Shown here in pieces: positions 1 to 11,610 of a stretch of 64,000 nt of DNA. Every line of letters begins with the position of its first letter. Within the stretch, counting starts at the first letter, position 1. The notes beneath the pieces were generated by a model that was given only the letters and a program-made list of their open reading frames with translations, was not told where the DNA came from and did not search any database. The stretch is from Macrostomum lignano (taxonomy: Eukaryota): NCBI GenBank assembly GCA_002269645.1, contig NIVC01001809.1, forward strand, positions 62,001 through 126,000, written 5' to 3'. A program made the position numbers and the translations under genes.

Positions 1-387
1 ACTCTGTTCACAGCCAGACTGTCGCAGCCTCTCTCCTCCCACCTGTACGTGAACTTCCGCTGCCTGAGCTGGAGTCTCCAAGCTGAGCTGCTCCGCAATC
101 GCGCACCTGCAATTAAACTGGAGGATTGGAAGCGGGAGCTGGAAGAAGACCCGGACTTGGAGGAGCTGCTCACTCTGGCTCACTACAGCGACTGCCGCGA
201 GCACGTGGAGCTCAGCCTGCAGCAGATGGAGATGATCGAGAAAGAGAGACGCGTCGCCATGGAGACGCAGGACGAGGAGAAGATCGGCTGGGTCAGGCAG
301 AAGCTGGAGAGACTTGATTCAGCAGCCGGAGTCCTCAAAGCCTCGTCGCAAAGTCGAGGTCGGAAAAGGAAGGCCGAGTCAGACTGA
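1..387 (+). CDS. cGLR/Mab-21-family paralog 1, 3' end only (5' part outside window)
   Basis: Frame is open from nt 1 (TLFTARLSQPLSSHLYVNFRCLSW...) to TGA at 385-387; near-identical to the C-terminal parts of the 7133-8566 and 24994-26516 paralogs. Confidence 0.85.
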   Translation, partial: TLFTARLSQPLSSHLYVNFRCLSWSLQAELLRNRAPAIKLEDWKRELEEDPDLEELLTLAHYSDCREHVELSLQQMEMIEKERRVAMETQDEEKIGWVRQKLERLDSAAGVLKASSQSRGRKRKAESD

Positions 388-1239
388 CTGCCAGGAGCGG
401 TGTTCGATGCTGACAAAATTTTCATGTACTTCGTTTTTTCTAATAAAACTGTTTGTTCTTCTGCTTGCCGACTTGATGGGGCTCTGCCGGTTCTGCATGA
501 AAACACCTCTACATGCTGTTGGATTGTTTGTACATGCTTGGAATGTACTACGAATGAGACTGCAGTGACCTGAGGACTTCGTTGCTCAGGTTTTAAAGTT
601 TTCTGGGCTGAAATTTGAGACGCAAAAACTGTGTACCGCTGGTTCCCCTTATTTTTTCAGTTTAATTCAGTTAATTCCACAGGTGTTTTGCTGTTGGAAT
701 GTCTGTACATTTGCCCTTGTTTAGCTGCCTTTCTAGGAAATGAGCACATCGAGAGCCATCGAGTGCGAGCAGCCCTCCTGCTATTAACTGCAGTTTTGTA
801 CATTTTTGCTGATTGAATTGCATGCTGAATTGCCTTTTCCGTTCAAACTGCGTTTCTGCTTTGATGCGGGCTTTTCTCTGCGATTTTGTTCTGCGGACTT
901 TAATGCCCAATTGCCAATGCTTTTTAATGACATATTCATGCCAAATGTGCAGGTAGCAACTATCTGGATGAAGCTGGCAAACTCAAAGGTCGGCTTGGTC
1001 AGGGAATAAGAAGTAGGAATATATGATTTCGGTAGCTGGACAAAATGACAAAAGTTTCTGGGGTAAGGCTTACAGTGTTAAATCATAGACTCCTAAAAAT
1101 AGCATCATATGCTATATCTAGAAGTCCTTGGTTAAATACATAAGAAGGCTTCTGTCCAGCCTTGCGCGTCTCTATAGTGGGGAGAGAGACAACGATAAGT
1201 GTTGATTGAACTGAAGGAAATTTGCGATTTGAAAGTTGA

Positions 1240-2370
1240 AAAACTTTTTCTGTTTCGAAACTTTGTCAGTTGAATCTAAAAGGGGTATAAAATTTTAGGA
1301 CTGGAATTATTTCGTTGACATGCCTAGTATGACATATTTGCAACAGAATTTTGGTTAGCCTCCCGCAGAGCTAAATTCATTCATTCATAACAACTTGCTA
1401 TGCTCATTTCCCGAAACTTATCCAGTGAGCAAAAGAAGAAAAGGCTTCCCCACAGTGCGACTTTTTAACACATTCTCCAAACTTTTTCAAATGTGCGAAA
1501 TGTTTTGAAGCGGCAAGCAAGTAACGAGCTATTGTAATGGAGTCCTGAAATAAATACATATTTTGGTTCGATTTTTGTCATGTTGAGTAATCTATAGATA
1601 CATCTCACCAAAATTTGTCGGAATTTAAACTTAACCCCTATTTCTATAAAATGTGATTCCATAAAAGTCTTATTCTGTGCGGCCTTTGAAATTCTAAATG
1701 TGCGAATGGAGGAAAATTTTTTGCTTGGCTCGCTGGCAGGGAACAGAAGGAAAATCGTGTGGGTTAAAATCTTTGGTTCAATTTGACTCAGATGAAATTT
1801 GGCGCACCCAATCACAAATGGTGCCTCAAAGTTCAAATAATTTATTTGCATTGCATTCATCCATTGGCTATCTATATATTGAGTCCACCTTCTGATACAA
1901 TTTGAAAACAAAAGACTTATTTCTGAAGCACAATTGTGGAAGTGTAGCTCGTCTAACAAATAGTAGGAAAACAAACGGCATATGCTGTGACAGTGAACCG
2001 ATTCAGCTCTGGATGGGTGCAAATTTGACCATAAGCTTAAGATTATCGAAGCTTCGTATATCAGAATGCTCAAACCCAACTTGAATGTGCAGCTTGCTGG
2101 CAATGGGGTGGAGCGTGAGCTAAGAGTACTGTGAGCAGAGCCGTGCCTACTTATCATTTTTCTCTCTCTCCCTTTCTTGTGTACTTTGCACTTTCTAAAT
2201 TCTACCGGAGTGTTTTGACCCGCCTTTGGACTGTACAGTGTGTTTTGCTTAAATATATTGGTGGTGTGATCTTAGGTTGATTGGATTTGCCCTGACGACG
2301 TCTTGTGTTTGACGAAACGCGTTGGCTAGAATTAAACAAAGTTTTATTTTATATCTTTTTTGACGTTTAT
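1240..2370 (+). mobile_element. Degenerate 3' portion of a Penelope-like retroelement (GIY-YIG endonuclease remnant plus 3' terminal region with hammerhead)
   Basis: Frame 2039-2134 reads KIIEASYIRMLKPNLN...*, the GIY-YIG C-terminal E...P.LN motif typical of PLEs. Decayed YLYIESTF*YNLKTK (YIG-like) lies at ~1865-1915. A hammerhead core and AT-rich tail follow. The left boundary is approximate. Confidence 0.7.
2289..2326 (+). ncRNA. Minimal type I hammerhead ribozyme
   Basis: GCC (stem I) - CTGACGA core - C - GTC/TTGTGTTT/GAC (stem II) - GAAA - palindromic ACGCGT (stem III) - T (GUH site) - GGC (stem I partner). This is the minimal architecture known from Penelope-like elements. Confidence 0.7.
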
Positions 2371-2397
2371 TTCTGAAGCGTTTAGTCAAAAACAGCA

Positions 2398-3339
2398 TTG
2401 AGAATAACGGCTTCATTTAGTTGTCCAATTTGTACAAGCTTGGTAGACTCTCGATCAAGCAACGTCGTTCAACACGTAAAACACATGCATGGCTGCAACC
2501 CTGGACCAGTAATCGAATTTGCTAAGTGGTCACGCAAAGTAGACGTTCAGCTGTGTCTTCTTTGTACGCACTTTGAAAAAGACATGCAGCGGCATTACAA
2601 GTCCAAGCATCGACGTGAACACGAAATTTACAAGAAGGAGCTGTCTGGTACAAAGGTGAAGCTCTTGGCCGCAAATTTGCTGCAAGCAATTCGAATGAAC
2701 TAAAAGTCTAAATTACAAGCTCAAGCAGCGCAACCATGCCTAAACATCCGAATGAAGGATTTCTAGCTCGCTGCACCAGCCGCTCAACTCAACGCTGCTC
2801 TGCCAGAAGCCGCCGCTGCTGCTCACCAGCAGGAAATTGTGCTCCGCAGTCATAGAAACTTTCGACCAGAAACTATTCCTGCCGACACTACTCGACGATT
2901 GCTATCAAGGGATGAAAGCGCTTTTTTAGTTGCAGACGCTGGGGAAAAAGGCCTTGGAGCCTTCGCTTACATTCCGCTAGCAAAGGGTCCTTTGTCTGCG
3001 AATACTCAGGTGAGCTACTAACGGAAATCGAGGCCGTAGAACGTGAGCGGCAGTATGAAGAAATCAACGCTGACATTTGGTACATCTTCTCGTTTGTTGT
3101 CTTCAACAAGAACTATGGCATCGATGCTGCATTCAGCTCGTCAAAGGCGCTACTTGAATCATTCACGCACTGCACCTAACTGCAAGCAGCGACAAGCGGT
3201 TCTACCAGATGGTTCCCGACCGGCAATCTACTTTACAACTACACGATATGTCGATGTAAATGAGCAGCTGACATTCGACTACCTTAGCGGCCAGTGCGAT
3301 CCGCAGCTGGAAGCAAAGTATCCGTGGCTCTGTGACTGA
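2398..3339 (+). pseudogene. Intronless C2H2 zinc-finger + SET-domain (SETD8/PR-Set7-like) relic with frameshifts
   Basis: 2398-2703 has CPIC..HVKHMH and CLLC..HYKSKH fingers. The SET motifs need two compensating frameshifts: GLGAFAYIPLAKG (2950-2988), FVCEYSGELLTEIEAVERERQYEE...YIFSF...YGIDA (from 2991, shifted frame), RYLNHS..PN...EQLTFDY...YPWL (3148-3339). Confidence 0.8.
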
Positions 3340-3909
3340 GGCCATATGCTAAAGGCAGCCAAACTCATTGTGCAATTCTGTATGCGCATATTGCCTTCAT
3401 TTATTCATCTTTTCTTCATCTTTTCACTTGTTCTTTTTACTTAAGTGCATCTCGTGATAAAAGTTTGTAAATAAGTCTTTTAGGCTTTTTGTGCAATAGC
3501 TATTCAAGCTATGAATAAAAATATTAAAATTCGAACTTTCAGCATCCAATCACTTATCCTGTTGATAAAACTACGTAGCATATAGATCGAAAGACAAGAG
3601 AACCTGGCCGCCGCTACTCTAATGGAACCAGTCTTGACGATGCCGGATGAACAGTTAGTTCTGTTTGGAAAATATAATAATTTATATAAATTATCTAAAT
3701 TCATCGTTCTTCTTTTTATTCATTACAAATTAGACTGCATTCAGTCCACACTACACTACTGCTATATATATATAAGAAGTTTATATACGGAATTTATCGG
3801 AGTGGCAGAAAAATCAAAGCTCAGAACAGAAGTTTTGCTTGTATCACTCTCTTCTGTAAAAAGTGTCAATTTGTCCAAGAGGGATCTCACTTTTGTCATT
3901 TTGAATTTG

Positions 3910-4420
3910 AACATTCAGTGACTGACAGCCTGGTAGCTCCCTCATGAGCATTCAGTGACTGACAGCCTGACAGCTCCCTCATGAACATTCAGTGACTGAC
4001 AGCCTGACAGCTCCCTCATGAGCATTCAGTGACTGACAGCCTGACAGCTCCCTCATGAACATTCAGTGACTGACAGCCTGACAGCTCCCTCATGAACATT
4101 CAGTGACTGACAGCCTGACAGCTCCCTCATGAGCATTCAGTGACTGACAGCCTGACAGCTCCCTCATGAACATTCAGTGACTGACAGCCTGGTAGCTCCC
4201 TCATGAACATTCAGTGACTGACAGCCTGACAGCTCTCTCATGAGCATTCAGTGACTGACAGCCTGACAGCTCCCTCATGAACATTCAGTGACTGACAGCC
4301 TGACAGCTCCCTCATGAACATTCAGTGACTGACAGCCTGACAGTTCCCTCATGAACATTCAGTGACTGACAGCCTGACAGCTCCCTCATGAACATTCAGT
4401 GACTGACAGCCTGACAGTTC
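3910..4420. repeat. 37-bp minisatellite, ~14 units (AACATTCAGTGACTGACAGCCTGACAGCTCCCTCATG)
   Basis: Head-to-tail units read directly; same family as 9008-10213. Confidence 0.95.
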
Positions 4421-4814
4421 CCTATTGAGCATCAGCTACACTTCAATTGTTTATTGAATTTATTGCTGTTTTCGTATTTGTCAGAAAACGATAAAATGAT
4501 AAAATTCCCCAATCTGTACTTCAGTAGTTTCAGTTGCTTTATTAAAATACGCTCTTAGTAGGTTGGCTTGCGTTTTCCAGTTCAGAAATAAATTTGGAAA
4601 TAATGGAAGAGTTCGTACATGACTTCCCGAACTCACCCTTTGTGTTTCCTTCTCCTTAATGCTGCCTTTGAAGTACCGCGAGCTGAAAGCTTTTATGATT
4701 TTTGCGTTACCGAATAAACTTCATGAATATAATTTGAGAATCCTACAGTTTATTGGTGTACAGCCTGCTGTGTGTGAGGGCGGTCGTACAATCTGAGGCC
4801 CTGTCTGACCGTCT

Positions 4815-5214
4815 AAGGCAGCCCTCACACAGCCCAAGGCAGCCCTCACACAGCCCAAGGCAGCCCTCACACAGCCAAAGGCAGCCCTCACACAGCCAAA
4901 GGCAGCCCTCACAAAGCCCAAGGCAGCCCTCACACAGCCAAAGGCAGCTCTCACACAGCCAAAGGCAGCCCTCACACACAGCCCAAGGCAGCCCTCACAC
5001 AGCCCAAGGCAGCCCTCACACAGCCCAAGGCATCCCTCACACAGCCAAAGGCAGCCCTCACACAGCCAAAGGCATCCCTCACACAGCCAAAGGCATCCCT
5101 CACACAGCCAAAGGCAGCCCTCACACAGCCAAAGGCATCCCTCACACAGCCAAAGGCATCCCTCACACAGCCAAAGGCAGCCCTCACACAGCCACAGGCA
5201 GCCCTCACACAGCC
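4815..5214. repeat. 21-bp minisatellite (CAGCCAAAGGCAGCCCTCACA), ~19 units
   Basis: Tandem units; explains the repetitive ORFs at 4721-5274. Confidence 0.95.
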
Positions 5215-5998
5215 TCCGCTAAGATAAACGAGGTAGAATACAATAAAACGGTAGTTTCCGATTAGCCATATCAATATATTTGATAACTGTGTTTTGAATA
5301 AGCGAGCTGCAAGCAGGAGAAGCCTGAGACACTTCGCTATGACTAAGCTACTCCAATGCTCTTATTAATCCATTGTACATAGCATACGTCTATCTATTTA
5401 GTCTGAGACCAATACGCTAATATTCATAAATCAGTAGTCATGGCAGTGCTCAGTCTTACCCACCGTTTACAGGTGTTTGCAGAAGAAATCGGCACGCTTA
5501 GATCACAGCAACTATTTGCAAACGAGTTGGTTAAGCAAGTCAGAAGTTGGTAAAGAGAGTAAAAGATTGGCATTGACCCCGCGCTTATTTATAGTAAATT
5601 TTCAACCACCAAGCTTATCCCGTTGCTAAGGAAACCATATCTCTATTGCAACGCATCTTCAATCTAAAGCTAAGAATGCTCTTCAGAAGCGGTGCTCAAA
5701 CCCGAACAATTCTCCAATCCAGCTTCTTTCTTCTGCATCATTCGCAACCAGAAATTCAAACCAATGAACAACGAGCATTATTCATGAAAATCTCATATCC
5801 GCCACCCAACTTTTATTCGCAGCTCAAAGCCGAACAGCATTCGATGCTCAGCCACTGAGCGTCACAGCGAGAGCCGCCTCAGAGACCCGTGGCGGCAGCT
5901 GCAGCTGACACGGAGGCAGCTGTGCACCTTCTTGACGGAATTGACTGCCTGCTGCCGAGCTGGAGATCAGAGCTGCTGACTGCCGCACCGATGCTGAT

Positions 5999-6260
5999 GC
6001 CTCTCCCTCTCCCGCCTCTCCCTCTCCCGCCTCTCCCTCTCCTGCCTCTCCCTCTCCCGCCTCTCTCTCTCCCGCCTCTCCCTCTCCTGCCTCTCCCTCT
6101 CCCACCTCTCCCTCTCCCGCCTCTCCCTCTCCTGCCTCTCCCTCTCCCGCCTCTCCCTCTCCCTCTCCAGCCTCCCTCTCCCGCCTCTCCCTCTCCCGCC
6201 TCTCCCTCTCCCTCTCCAGCCTCCCTCTCCCGCCTCTCCCTCTCCCGCCTCACCCTCTCC
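5999..6260. repeat. 15-bp polypyrimidine minisatellite (CCTCTCCCTCTCCCG)
   Basis: Tandem CT-rich units. Confidence 0.9.
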
Positions 6261-6423
6261 GCATGTCACTACTGGCTGAAGGATAAAAGCTTTGTTTCAA
6301 ATTCTGTTATAGTGGGGCTCCCTATTGGCTGAAATATTATCTCCGACCTTTGCCGAAAAAGTGAATACATATAGTTATTTGTTCTGAAATGTTGAATCTG
6401 CAAGTGTCGCCAGTCAAAAATAT

Positions 6424-6850
6424 CCCCCGGACAACCCTTTGCCGGCGGAGGATGATCCCAAGAAGCAGTGAGCAGGCGAGTCCTACATCTGCCCATACGA
6501 CTCGGTCGGGATCGCACAATCAAGGCTCAGCCAGCCTGTCCGAAGATGGCCGAAGTGCTAAAAAATGGAGGATCTGAAAAATCGCCGCAGAGAGTTGAAG
6601 CCGGCTACTGATGTCACTGTGAAGCAACTGTAGCGCACACGCAAGTGCGGCATCCCAGACCTCCCAGCAGTGCCGCATTTGCAGTGCATGGCGGGCCACC
6701 AGGGAGGCCGTCAACTCGCACATCCGCCGCCTGCACAAGGAAGACCGAAATCTGAAGGACCTGAAGTGCTGCGCTCTGAAGCAAAGCAGCTTCAGCTTCG
6801 GAGAAGAGCGGCCGATTTCTAAGAAAGCTTCAACGCCAGTCGCTTACTGA
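6424..6850 (+). pseudogene. Degenerate C2H2 zinc-finger ORF remnant
   Basis: 6671-6736 encodes CRICSAWRATREAVNSHIRRLH (exact C-x2-C-x12-H-x4-H). An upstream decayed finger (SYICPYDSVG...) is interrupted by stops and a frameshift. Confidence 0.55.
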
Positions 6851-7132
6851 AGCCGAGCTCTGCCGCAGCTGGAAAGTCATTCGGACAGCACGAAAAGACA
6901 GGACGAAATCGTCACTGAAGAGAGGCCGGGTCTGGGAAGGCAGACTGGCAGATCTGCACGAGGCCAAACTGGCGACATCAGAACAAATTCTTGCCGGCTT
7001 CGAAATGCAGGATAAGGTCCTGGAGCAGCCAAGGCGGACCCAGATGTCGGATCAAGGCAAGAAAATGTATTTCAATTGTTTTTCTTGCAACACCTTTGTC
7101 AATGAGCTGTTAGCTTCTTAGAGAAAGACATC

Positions 7133-8566
7133 ATGAGACGCCTGAGCACAGTCCAGGGCCAGCTGTTCACACTCATCAAGTTCATCTTCAAGAGACACTT
7201 GCCGCTCACTCTGGACACACCTGGACTCAAGACCTACCATGCAAAGACTCTGCTATTCTTCCTGCTGGAGAAGCATGGCACAGATCCTGAAACTGAGGCT
7301 TGGCAGCCCCACAATCTGATCGATCTGCTCAACGAGTCTCTCGACATGATGCTGAGCTTCATCGACTCGAGCAGCTCGCCCGATGAGTGCATGCCGCACT
7401 TCTTCATGCCTGACGCTCCGCTCTACTTCAAGAACGCTGGAATCGGCGACGACTTCGACAACACGAAGGCGAGGGTTCGAGACCGACTTTGTGAGCTGAG
7501 AAGCGACATCGGCGGAGTGGTCGAGCAGCTAAGGAGACTCGTGAGACCTCTGCAGTCAGAGAAGTTCTACTTTCACCCGTTCACTCTGCTTCCTCTGACA
7601 GCGCCGCCTGCTGTAACGAAGATCATGGAAGGAAGAGACAAGTTCGCAGACGTGTACAGTGTGGTGCACCAGTGTGTAAGCGATCTGCAGTCGGAATCGA
7701 GCGACAGAGACACCCTGATGAGGCAGCTCAGTCTCCTGCATCAGCAGCAGTGGTGCAAGTGCGCCGCCCTGTGCATGACCGCCATGACGCATTTGAAGTT
7801 CGGAAAATCTAAGGAGGCTGAGAGACTCGCGATGGAGCTGCAGAGACATCAGGTAGAGTCAGGGTTGACGCCACAGGATATTCGCGACGAGGGCTGGGGA
7901 GACATAAAACTGCCGTCAGACTCAGACTGGGCGTGGAGGTTCTGCCTCCCCTGTGACTCTCCGCCTCGCTTCCCATTCCTTCCCGAGTTCACGCAGACTC
8001 TGTTCACAGCCAGACTGTCGCAGCCTCTCTCCTCCCACCTGTACGTGAACTTCCGCTGCCTGAGCTGGAGTCTCCAAGCTGAGCTGCTCTGCAATCGCGC
8101 ACCTGCAATCGCATTCGATCATTGGATTGAACAGCTGCTTGAAGAGCTACTGGTAAGAGATAAAATTAAACTGGCAATTAAACTGGAGGATTGGAAGCGA
8201 GAGCTGGAAGAAGACCCGGACTTGGAGGAGCTGCTTACTCTGGCTCACTACAGTGACTGCCGCGAGCACGTGGAGCTCAGCCTGCAGCAGATGGAGATGA
8301 TCGAGAAAGAGAGACGCGTCGCCATGGAGACGCAGGACGAGGAGAAGATCGGCTGGGTCAGGCAGAAGCGGTGGCGAGTTTCGAACCGCAGTGGCAGCGA
8401 CAGCGGCGCTCACCGCAGCAGGGAAGATGAGGAGCGGAGGCTGTGGGCGAGGGCGAGGCTGCGGCGAGAAGGGGCTGACTTGGGTCGTCTGGTTGCCATG
8501 GAAACTGCAGCGGAGCAGAGAGACAGCTGGACTCTCGCCAAGCTCAGTCGGATGAGACTGCAGTGA
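7133..8566 (+). pseudogene. cGLR/Mab-21 paralog 2, 5'-truncated (no NTase catalytic exon seen), novel C-terminal tail
   Basis: The 477-aa ORF is near-identical to paralog 3 from MRxLSTVQGQ onward, including LKTYHAKTLLFF. Homology starts abruptly at ~7120 and no GSxxEG/DxD exon is found upstream. It could still be expressed. Confidence 0.75.
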
Positions 8567-9007
8567 CCTGAGGACTTCGTTGCTCAGATTTTCAAGTTCT
8601 GCTGGACTGGAATTTGAGACAATAACTGTGTACTTTTACTGCTTTGCTGTAAACTGTCTGTAGATTTCCCTTCCCTTCCAGCCATCGAGTGCGAGCAGCC
8701 CTCCCGCTATGAAGTGCAGTTTTGCACATTTGTGCTGCAATTCAATTCGCACTGCATGCTGAATTGCTTTTTCTGTTGAAACTGCGTGTCTGCTTTGATG
8801 CGGGCTTTTGTCTGCGAATTTGTTCTGCGGACTTCAATGCCCAATTGCCATTGCTTTTGGCAATAGATATATAGATATTTTATATGTACTTTTCATACTA
8901 CTAATAATACTGTGCGTACATCCTCCCGGATTATTTAAGCACCTGCTCTGAGAATCAGTTCAATCAGTCTGCAAATTGATTTCATCATGTGTTCATGTAC
9001 CCTGCAA

Positions 9008-10213
9008 TGACTGACAGCCTGACAGCTCCCTCATGAACATTCAGTGACTCAGTGACTGACAGCCTGACAGCTCCCTCATGAACAGTCAGTGACTGACAGC
9101 CTGACAGCTCCCTCATGAGCATTCAGTGACTGACAGCCTGACAGCTCCCTCATGAACATTCAGTGACTGACAGCCTGACAGCTCCCTCATGATCATTCAG
9201 TGACTGACAGCCTGACAGCTCCCTCATGAGCATTCAGTGACTGACAGACTGACAGCTCCCTCATGAGCATTCAGTGACTGACAGCCTGACAGCTCTCTCA
9301 TGATCATTCAGTGACTGACAGACTGACAGCTCCCTCATGATCATTCAGTGACTGACAGCCTGACAGCTCCCTCATGATCATTCAGTGACTGACAGCCTGA
9401 CAGCTGCCTCATGAACATTCAGTGACTGACAGCCTGACAGCTCCCTCATGAACATTCAGTGACTGACAGCCTGACAGCTGCCTCATGAACATTCAGTGAC
9501 TGACAGCCTGACAGCTCCCTCATGATCATTCAGTGACTGACAGCCTGACAGCTGCCTCATGAACATTCAGTGACTGACAGCCTGACAGCTCCCTCATGAA
9601 CATTCAGTGACTGACAGACTGACAGCTCCCTCATGATCATTCAGTGACTGACAGCCTGACAGCTCTCTCATGATCATTCAGTGACTGACAGACTGACAGC
9701 TCCCTCATGATCATTCAGTGACTGACAGCCTGACAGCTCCCTCATGATCATTCAGTGACTGACAGCCTGACAGCTGCCTCATGATCATTCAGTGACTGAC
9801 AGCCTGACAGCTCCCTCATGAACATTCAGTGACTGACAGCCTGACAGCTCCCTCATGAGCATTCAGTGACTGACAGCCTGACAGCTCCCTCATGAACATT
9901 CAGTGACTGACAGCCTGACAGCTCCCTCATGAACATTCAGTGACTGACAGCCTGACAGCTCCCTCATGAGCATTCAGTGACTGACAGCCTGACAGCTCCC
10001 TCATGAACATTCAGTGACTGACAGCCTGACAGCTCCCTCATGATCATTCAGTGACTGACAGCCTGACAGCTCCCTCATGATCATTCAGTGACTGACAGCC
10101 TGACAGCTCCCTCATGATCATTCAGTGACTGACAGCCTGACAGCTCCCTCATGATCATTCAGTGACTGACAGCCTGACAGCTCCCTCATGATCATTCAGT
10201 GACTGACAGCCTG
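9008..10213. repeat. 37-bp minisatellite, ~33 units
   Basis: Same unit as 3910-4420, with variable AAC/AGC/ATC at the unit junction. Confidence 0.95.
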
Positions 10214-11290
10214 ATTAGTATCAGCTACAATTCCGTTATTTTATCTAGTGCTATCTATCTGTTCATCTATCTAAATAAATCTATTTTTTCATATCGGTAA
10301 AAAATCTATAAATTCGTGCATGAATATTTTGAATAACATTATGTTGCTCTTAGTACCACAAGTCTAAACACATTTTTTTGATGTTTTGGACATACGAAAC
10401 AAATTTTAATAATTTAATTCTTAGCTTACTTAATTTACTTTATTAAGAGATAAAAAATTAGACTTCTAAAGGGTTTTACCTGCAAGATCCGTAATTTTAA
10501 TCAACCTGCCCACCATCTGACGGCCGGCAGAGGAGCTCGGACTGCAGGACCGCCACTGACTCATTTGTATTGGCGCCACTGACTCATTTGTATTGGCGCC
10601 ACTGACTCATTTGTATTGGCGCCACTGACTCATCTGTATTGGCGCCACTGACTCATGTGTATTGGCGCCACTGACTCATCTGTATTGGCGCCACTGACTC
10701 ATCTGTATTGGCGCCACTGACTCATCTGTATTGGCGCCACTGACTCATCTGTATTGGCGCCACTGACTCATCTGTATTGGCGCCACTGACTCATCTGTAT
10801 TGGCGCCACTGACTCACCTGTATTGGCGCCACTGACTCACCTGTATTGGCGCCACTGACTCATCTGTATTGGCGCCACTGACTCATCTGTATTGGCGCCA
10901 CTGACTCATCTGTATTGGCGCCACTGACTCATGTTTGGAAAATACGTGCGTTCTGTCAGCTGCCTGCATCTGCTCAGACATAAACCAACCGAAATCCTTT
11001 GAGTACTCGACTCATTCAGAATTCTGAGCTCTCTTCACTTTGACGGATTCGAAACTCCGCCTGAACTCGTGTGGAAAAGTGCAGTCCCTGAAAACCATGG
11101 ATCCCATTTTGTTTGGAGCCTCAGCAACTCCAGCATCATTTGAGAACCCACAGATTCGGCCAATTGAACAAATGCGAACCTTGAACAGAACTGAGCAGTG
11201 CACAGAAGTGAAAAAATATTCAACATATTTAAGCACTGAATAGTCGGAGATACTCATTAGATGCGAACTTATCTGGTTCTTCTGATCTGT
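10190..11290. repeat. Dispersed unclassified repeat 'X' (other copies 38011-39010 and 52332-53331)
   Basis: Colinear homology: 37-bp unit, ATCAGCTACAATTCCGTTATTTTATCTAGTG, 23-bp array, then the shared TDSKLRLNSCGKVQSLKTMDPILFG block. Confidence 0.85.
10552..10932. repeat. 23-bp minisatellite (GCCACTGACTCATCTGTATTGGC), ~16.5 units
   Basis: Tandem units, each containing TGACTCA. Confidence 0.95.
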
Positions 11291-11610
11291 CAATCACGCA
11301 TTTAATTTTCACGCCACCTTAGACGATTTCCGGACAAGTGCCTTAAAGAATGGTCCATGGTTGCAAATAGCGTTCGCACTCTCGTTGCACAAACAGGTGA
11401 GTTGGCAGTGTGAAATGAAAACAGCCCCAGTCTGGGGGTGCCGCAGCTTTCCTCGCGATAGCAACTGGTTAAATTCACCGGCTGTCGGTGCCTTTAATTT
11501 CTAGATCTCCTTGATACAGATTTAGCCTGAGAAAGTTGCATTTGGTGTCACCGCTGCTTTAGTACAGCAATAAGTACAGTTATTCGGGGACTGTGCTAAT
11601 GCCATCATCG

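Noticed and set aside
1451-1480. CACAGTG heptamer (RAG/Transib-like signal)
   Set aside because: No nonamer at 12/23 spacing and no paired end; expected by chance.
1465-2157. 230-aa minus-strand ORF
   Set aside because: Antisense to the decayed Penelope GIY-YIG region; no recognisable motif.
4721-6332. Repetitive ORFs (CVRAAFG, SHSQRQP, GEGEA, poly-LP)
   Set aside because: By-products of the 21-bp and 15-bp repeats; no domain signal.
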